Of a DNA stretch of 64,000 bases, positions 59,258-64,000 are shown piece by piece. Source of the stretch: Bacteroidia bacterium (GTDB lineage: Bacteria; Bacteroidota; Bacteroidia; Bacteroidales; GCA-2748055); contig DAOWDN010000091.1 of the NCBI GenBank assembly GCA_030639005.1, positions 15,110 to 79,109 of the forward strand, given 5' to 3'. The number at the start of each line of letters is the position of its first letter. The first letter of the stretch is position 1. The notes beneath the pieces are model-generated. The model had not been told where the DNA came from. It did no database searches and was given only the letters and a program-made list of their open reading frames with translations. The position numbers and the translations under genes are program-made.

Positions 59258-60259
59258 TCACTTAAAAATGGCTACAAGATGTTCACCTTCAGAATTGCCA
59301 TAGGCCCTGAACATGCCGCTGGTGTTGGTGACCATGGCTGGACGACCGTACTTGTCCAGACAGACCACACCGCCGCTGCCCCCCACTTCCACCAGCTGCT
59401 TTTCCACCACCTCTCTGGCGGCGGTCTCCACATCATAGCCCTTATACTCCATCAAAACAGAGATCTGGTGGGCTACGGTCCACCGAATAAAGTACTCTCC
59501 GTGTCCGGTGGCCGACACACCGCAGGTGGCGTTGTTGGCATAGGTACCTGCCCCGATAATGGGAGAATCCCCGATTCGTCCGTATTTCTTATTGGTCATC
59601 CCCCCGGTGGAGGTTCCCGCGCAGAGGTTACCCTCCTGATCGAGAGCCACACATCCCACGGTCCCATGCTTCTCTTTCTCAATGGCCCGCTGGTACGATT
59701 CAAATCGTTTCTCAGTAAAGAACCAGGATGGATCCACTATCTCGAGCCCTACCTGCTCTGCAAACACCGAGGCACCCTTCCCGGCCAGCATCACATGTTC
59801 TGACTGCTCCATCACTGCCCTGGCCGCTGAAATGGGGTGCCTGACATCGGTCACACTGGCTACAGCCCCTGCATTCATATCCTGGCCGCTCATGATGGAT
59901 GCATCCAGCTCATTCTTTCCTTCACTGGTAAAAACGGCACCGCGACCAGCATTAAATAAGGGGTTGTCCTCCAGGTACCGGATCACCACCTCCACCGCAT
60001 CGATGCTGGTACCTCCCTCCTTCAAAACATCCAGTCCCAGTTGCAACGCACTGTCCAACGCATGTTTATATATATTCTGCCGCTCCTCAGGGAGGTTCTG
60101 AAAATTCATGTTACCCGCGCCTCCATGGATCACCAGGGCATACTCAAAAGCATCCGGGGATGTGACCTCGCTGTTTGAAGCATGATCTGCAGGAGCCTTG
60201 CATGAGGTAAAGAGGATGGCCAGCAGGCCAAGGATTGGAAACAGGATACGGTAGTTCAT
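59258..60259 (-). CDS. isoaspartyl peptidase / L-asparaginase (Ntn hydrolase) lipoprotein
   Basis: 333 aa with the lipobox ILFTSC. ..HGGAGN.., ..HGTVGCVALD.. and ..TSTGGMTNK.. are present. Confidence 0.9.
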   Translation of the reverse strand: MNYRILFPILGLLAILFTSCKAPADHASNSEVTSPDAFEYALVIHGGAGNMNFQNLPEERQNIYKHALDSALQLGLDVLKEGGTSIDAVEVVIRYLEDNPLFNAGRGAVFTSEGKNELDASIMSGQDMNAGAVASVTDVRHPISAARAVMEQSEHVMLAGKGASVFAEQVGLEIVDPSWFFTEKRFESYQRAIEKEKHGTVGCVALDQEGNLCAGTSTGGMTNKKYGRIGDSPIIGAGTYANNATCGVSATGHGEYFIRWTVAHQISVLMEYKGYDVETAAREVVEKQLVEVGGSGGVVCLDKYGRPAMVTNTSGMFRAYGNSEGEHLVAIFK

Positions 60260-60286
60260 AATGATGAGTGATCAGGGGTATAAAAT

Positions 60287-60378
60287 AACACTCCCGAATT
60301 TATGAAAAATCCGGGAGTGTGTAAAGAGCCTGAGTAAAGGTTCTACTCAAAATTCGAGTTCCCGTACTTGGTAGTAAC
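60287..60378. repeat. 92-bp copy of the 3' end plus terminator hairpin of the DUF4097 gene (copy A, 87/92 identical to 61131-61222)
   Basis: By-eye alignment. It contains a relic of the last 11 codons (VTTKYGNSNFE*) and the hairpin ACACTCCCGAATTT/AAATCCGGGAGTGT. Confidence 0.85.
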
Positions 60379-60410
60379 TACAAAGTGCCCGACCTAGCCA
60401 ATAAAGCGGA

Positions 60411-60929
60411 TTAATAAGGAGTTACTTTAAACTTTTGGCCACCCACTGAGGCTTCATACATTAAACCACCTATGGTCATTGTTACAACAAGGAGCCCATC
60501 CTTGTAGGCTGCATCTGCAGAGGCTCCTGATGTCAGTGCAACTGCAGATACCTGGGCTGCAAACTCGAAGTTGCCGGAGACAAAGTCTTTGTATGTTTCT
60601 GCATCTTCAAAAAAGATGACTTCAGCATATTTCTGACCTCCCGCCTGAAACCCGATTGTAAGTTGTGAAATTTTAGCATCTGCAACGGCAACTCCACTTT
60701 TAAATAAAGTTCCTTTTCCTGCAGCACCACCCACGCCTAATCCGCCTTTCCCGATGCCCGGGAATACAGCATAACCAAACGCCGATGAGAAAAACTCACT
60801 CATCCCCGAATCTTTTTCTTTAAACTCCTTAATTGTATTGTTGGCTTCTCCAACATCATTTTTTTGTGAATAAGATGCCATTGAGAAAATTGCCAGCATC
60901 AAAACGACAACGGTGATTTTTGCTTTCAT
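60411..60929 (-). CDS. SYLF (DUF500/Ysc84-like) domain lipid-binding protein, secreted
   Basis: 172 aa with a signal peptide. ..AFGYAVFPGIGKGGLGVGGAAGKG.. and ..IGFQAGGQKY.. are present. Confidence 0.75.
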   Translation of the reverse strand: MKAKITVVVLMLAIFSMASYSQKNDVGEANNTIKEFKEKDSGMSEFFSSAFGYAVFPGIGKGGLGVGGAAGKGTLFKSGVAVADAKISQLTIGFQAGGQKYAEVIFFEDAETYKDFVSGNFEFAAQVSAVALTSGASADAAYKDGLLVVTMTIGGLMYEASVGGQKFKVTPY

Positions 60930-61121
60930 GGTAAGTTTGTTTGTACTCCTGATTTAGACTCTTTAATATGTGTAAATAAGATCCTTACAACCTACATAAC
61001 AAATGATCTTTCTTTTTGTTTAGCTTCCTGATTCAGTCAGTGCATTATCTTTGCTGAACTCGTTGGGTTCATAAAAGAGGTGCTTGTAGAGACATGCACG
61101 AATCAAAGGGAGTCGTAATCT

Positions 61122-61164
61122 TATAACAAAAACACTCCCGGATTTATGAGAAATCCGGGAGTGT
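61122..61164 (-). terminator. rho-independent terminator of the sigma/anti-sigma/DUF4097 operon
   Basis: A perfect 14-bp stem ACACTCCCGGATTT / AAATCCGGGAGTGT with a 5-nt loop is followed on the minus strand by TTTTTGTT. It lies 23 nt after the stop. Confidence 0.75.
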
Positions 61165-61222
61165 GTAAAGAGCCTGAGTATAGGTTCTACTCAAAATTCG
61201 AGTTCCCATACTTGGTAATAAC
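61131..61222. repeat. 92-bp repeat copy B (authentic gene 3' end plus terminator)
   Basis: Partner of 60287-60378; the offset is 844 bp. Confidence 0.85.
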
Positions 61223-62239
61223 TTTTATGCTTGATTTCGGATTGGAACCCACACTGCCCCAAACCTTCACATAGTTGTTCTCCTTGGTCTTGCTCAGGCG
61301 ATCGCCAGTGTTGATATTGACATTTCCATATTTGGCTTCGCCTTCAAACTTAAAGGAGGCTCCAGGCTCCAGGCCTATGGTTAAGTTGCCATAGGAGAGG
61401 GCTGCTTCCACCTTATCAAATCCTTTGGAGAGTGTACCAATCTTTACACCAGTATAACCCGAATGTAGATCTAGTGTTTTATTTAGCTTACCGAATTTAA
61501 TTCCAGAGTATTTAAGTTCTCCTACAAAACTATCGACCTCGTCGAAATAGTACTTATCATAAGCACCCTCGGTGATGATCCCTCCGGCCTTTACTCCCCT
61601 GAGTTTGGAGTATTTGTTTTCCACAAAGAGCATCTTGGAGGAATTGATCTCCATATCAGAATATGAAATCTCAAGTTCCAGCCATCCCAGTTCATCAATT
61701 TCAGCATTGGAATAGGCCATATCTATCTGGCTGTAGGGCTTATTATTCTCCCTGCTGAGGCTCCCTGCTTTCATGTTGCCATATTTCAGGTCAAGCAGAA
61801 CCAGCCCTGTAGCTTCCTGAATAAAAAGGTCTCCATAGGCGTTCTCCATATCCAGGTTCACCCAGGCAGGTGCCTTTATGGTAATTTTGATCTCTGTTTT
61901 CACATTTCGCGACCAGCCATTCTCAAACTCAGTCTCCAGGGAGATGTTATTCCCTGATTTGCTGATCTGGACATCAATTTTTTCCAGCGCAGATTCCGCC
62001 CTGCTTTTGGAAGAGGCATCCACCACCACCACCACCAGGATATCCACCACACTCTTATCCCAGGTGAGAACTTCCACATCCGAATACCTGGTATCTGTGT
62101 TCAGGGTGACGCCCTTACTTACATCATAGGTTTCGGTGTATTCCTTTCTCGCATCCTGGGCAGAGATAAAAAAGCTTACTGTAACAATCAGGAGCAGTGA
62201 CAGGAGCAAACTTTTCGATTCAAACACTCTCTTTTTCAT
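61187..62239 (-). CDS. DUF4097-like beta-strand repeat protein (putative adhesin fold)
   Basis: 350 aa with a signal peptide and repeated ..YG(D/N)(L/V)xI.. / ..SYS(D/N)xEI.. beta-helix-like units. Confidence 0.65.
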   Translation of the reverse strand: MKKRVFESKSLLLSLLLIVTVSFFISAQDARKEYTETYDVSKGVTLNTDTRYSDVEVLTWDKSVVDILVVVVVDASSKSRAESALEKIDVQISKSGNNISLETEFENGWSRNVKTEIKITIKAPAWVNLDMENAYGDLFIQEATGLVLLDLKYGNMKAGSLSRENNKPYSQIDMAYSNAEIDELGWLELEISYSDMEINSSKMLFVENKYSKLRGVKAGGIITEGAYDKYYFDEVDSFVGELKYSGIKFGKLNKTLDLHSGYTGVKIGTLSKGFDKVEAALSYGNLTIGLEPGASFKFEGEAKYGNVNINTGDRLSKTKENNYVKVWGSVGSNPKSSIKVITKYGNSNFE

Positions 62240-62780
62240 GATTTTCAGATGTTTCTGATTTCACTTGATTTAATTGTATAATAATCTGGTCCATTACTTC
62301 CAGCTTTAACTTGTAGTGCCGGATCATGGCATTGATAACACGGTCATCGTCAGGGTTGGCCTCCAGGTCTACCATCAACTGCTGATGGTAGGACTCCAGG
62401 TCCTTCAACTCATTTAGCAAAACTGTTTTCTCTTCGGCATTTTCAAAATTGAATTCCTTGATCTGGTCATATTTTGCATCTACCTGTGAGGTATAATAGA
62501 TATCTGCTTCCATCATGGCAGCAGGGATCTCACGTTGAGCCACCTGGTTGTCGCCTCTGTTCTGTCTGATCAACAACACTGTTGAAGTAAGGATAATGGC
62601 CAGAGAAGCAGCCACCTGCAGCACATGCCTGAAGTTGATCCTTCTGGCAGGCTGAACAGCGGGCTCCCTTCCCAGCTTCTGCAGAAACCGCTCTTCATGT
62701 CCCTCCCGGGGAAGATCGGAATCCAGGAGCATCCTTTGCTCTTTGATATGTTTTTCAAAATCAGTCATCATCCTCTTCAT
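62220..62780 (-). CDS. putative anti-sigma factor (single TM)
   Basis: 186 aa. The central TM is VLQVAASLAIILTSTVLLI. It overlaps the ECF sigma gene by 20 bp. Confidence 0.55.
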   Translation of the reverse strand: MKRMMTDFEKHIKEQRMLLDSDLPREGHEERFLQKLGREPAVQPARRINFRHVLQVAASLAIILTSTVLLIRQNRGDNQVAQREIPAAMMEADIYYTSQVDAKYDQIKEFNFENAEEKTVLLNELKDLESYHQQLMVDLEANPDDDRVINAMIRHYKLKLEVMDQIIIQLNQVKSETSENHEKESV

Positions 62781-63336
62781 TTTCCATTAACAAGCCTTTC
62801 AGTCTCTTTTTAGCCCTGTGGTACTGGGTTCTTGATGTGGCGTTGGAGATATTCAGAATTATGGAGACCTCTTCGTGGTCGTACCCCTCCAGCAGAATCA
62901 GTGAAAGCACTATCCTGTAACCTTCCGGAAGGGCATATATGGCTTTCTTAATGGTTTCGGCTGTGTATTTATAATCCACATTTTCAGCCTCTTCCTCTGC
63001 CATCTCCCCAAGTTCGCCGGCATCTTCCAGGGAGAGCTGCTCTCTCTTTAATCTGAGAAAATCCAGGGCCTTGTTGATCACAATCCGCTTCAACCAGGCT
63101 CCGAAGCTCACCTCCCCCCTGTAAGAATCCAACTTTGCAAATGCCTTTAAGAACGCTTCCTGCATGACATCTTCTGCGTCATCGGAATCCCCTACAATGC
63201 GCAGGGTGGTATTAAACATGGCTGCATGATACAACCGGTATATTTCAAACTGAGCTTTCTGATCTCCCTTTTTGCACTGTCTGATCAGATCCAGATGCCT
63301 GGGAGTAAACTTCTCAGTCTTCTCATTATTTGCCAC
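62761..63336 (-). CDS. ECF-type RNA polymerase sigma-70 factor
   Basis: 191 aa with a GTG start. Region 2 is ..DAEDVMQEAFLKAF... and ..FGAWLKRIVINKALDFLR.. . Region 4 is ..LPEGYRIVLSLILLEGYDHEEVSIILN.. . Confidence 0.9.
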   Translation of the reverse strand: MANNEKTEKFTPRHLDLIRQCKKGDQKAQFEIYRLYHAAMFNTTLRIVGDSDDAEDVMQEAFLKAFAKLDSYRGEVSFGAWLKRIVINKALDFLRLKREQLSLEDAGELGEMAEEEAENVDYKYTAETIKKAIYALPEGYRIVLSLILLEGYDHEEVSIILNISNATSRTQYHRAKKRLKGLLMENEEDDD

Positions 63337-63386
63337 AATGACGAAGGATTAATTCAAATGTTGCACGTAAGATAGGAAAAAGCTAA

Positions 63387-64000
63387 TTATCGGCTTACCT
63401 GCTTCACCACATCGATGAGGGTTCCGTCCACCCACTTTATGGCCGCCACCACCCTGTCGGTCACTTCCGGGGGTTCCGGAACGCCACAGATCCGGTCGGC
63501 TTCGGCTTTCAGTTCCTCCATGGATTTAATGGGAAGTCCGCTCTTTTTTGTCAACTCCATGAGGTCGGTCCGCCGCGGATTGATGGCGATGCCCCGCTCG
63601 GTGACCACTACATCGATCAGCTCTCCGGGTCCGCACAAAGTGGTTACCTGTTCCCTGACCACCGGAACACGATCCCTGAACAGCGGTATGGGCAGGATCA
63701 CTGTTTTGGAGAAGAGACAGTTCTGCCACCCTCCGAGGCCATGAAGGAGGTAACCGTCGGAGTGGGTTACCACATTGGCATTAAATTCCAGGTCCACTTC
63801 GGTGGCCCCCAGGATCACCACATCCACCATGCCGGCAAAATTTCCTTTCCCGTGATAGTTGTAGCTGGTAAACGGACTGGTCCACACATGACCGGGGTTT
63901 TCGGCCATGGAACGCACCCCCTCCAGGTCGAAGGTCTGTCCGTCGAGAATATAATCCACCAGTCCCTCTTCCAGCATGGAGACCAGGTATTTGTTGCTTC
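63387..64000 (-). CDS. citF: citrate lyase alpha subunit (citrate CoA-transferase), C-terminal part; gene continues past the right edge
   Basis: ..DVVVTERGIAINPRRTDLMELTKKSGLPIKSMEEL..VTDRVVAAIKWVDGTLIDVVKQV is a CitF-type C-terminus. The frame stays open to position 64000. Confidence 0.7.
   Translation of the reverse strand, partial: SNKYLVSMLEEGLVDYILDGQTFDLEGVRSMAENPGHVWTSPFTSYNYHGKGNFAGMVDVVILGATEVDLEFNANVVTHSDGYLLHGLGGWQNCLFSKTVILPIPLFRDRVPVVREQVTTLCGPGELIDVVVTERGIAINPRRTDLMELTKKSGLPIKSMEELKAEADRICGVPEPPEVTDRVVAAIKWVDGTLIDVVKQVSR

Noticed and set aside
1-64000. Mobile elements, prophage, defence islands, tRNA/rRNA genes
   Set aside because: I found no transposase, integrase, recombinase, phage structural, restriction-modification, toxin-antitoxin or Cas-like translations in any frame. 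No cloverleaf-like or rRNA-like stretch appeared in the intergenic regions longer than 80 bp. A tRNAscan or Infernal run would confirm this.

Overview
The window looks like a chromosomal segment from an anaerobic, amino-acid-fermenting member of the Bacteroidota. This is an inference from a T9SS C-terminal sorting domain, a CarboxypepD_reg-type TonB-dependent receptor, TAnnTTTG-type promoter boxes, rubredoxin, iorAB, pta-ackA plus ptb-buk, and citrate lyase. I support about 57 protein genes at high coding density. I found no rRNA, tRNA, CRISPR array, transposase or integrase. Most of the content is housekeeping: (1) fermentation genes (DUF1338/HglS-like plus FAD oxidase, pta-ackA, ptb-buk, iorAB, citF); (2) a complete colinear hisGDCBHAF-IE operon; (3) a TetR-TolC-HlyD-ABC(x2)-ABC2 permease(x2) exporter; (4) peptidases (M24, M28-PDZ, PepD, isoaspartyl peptidase). 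I did not find a convincing, clearly new multi-gene system. The items I consider most worth a second look are listed here. (a) A His-rich leader peptide and terminator (attenuator) lie upstream of hisG. (b) An 18-bp Pho-box-like direct repeat occurs upstream of a PiT transporter and again in the divergent promoter of an orphan OmpR-family regulator and a porin-lipoprotein pair. (c) Two AT-richer tandem paralogues encode membrane TolB-like/TPR proteins whose first ~98 bp are almost identical at the DNA level. (d) A 524-bp intergenic region carries a 22-bp direct repeat and an array of GTCACA palindromes. (e) A 92-bp duplication (gene 3' end plus terminator) brackets a SYLF gene. (f) An unlisted rubredoxin gene is translationally coupled to an unknown membrane protein. 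All functional calls come from reading the translations by eye. No database search was run.
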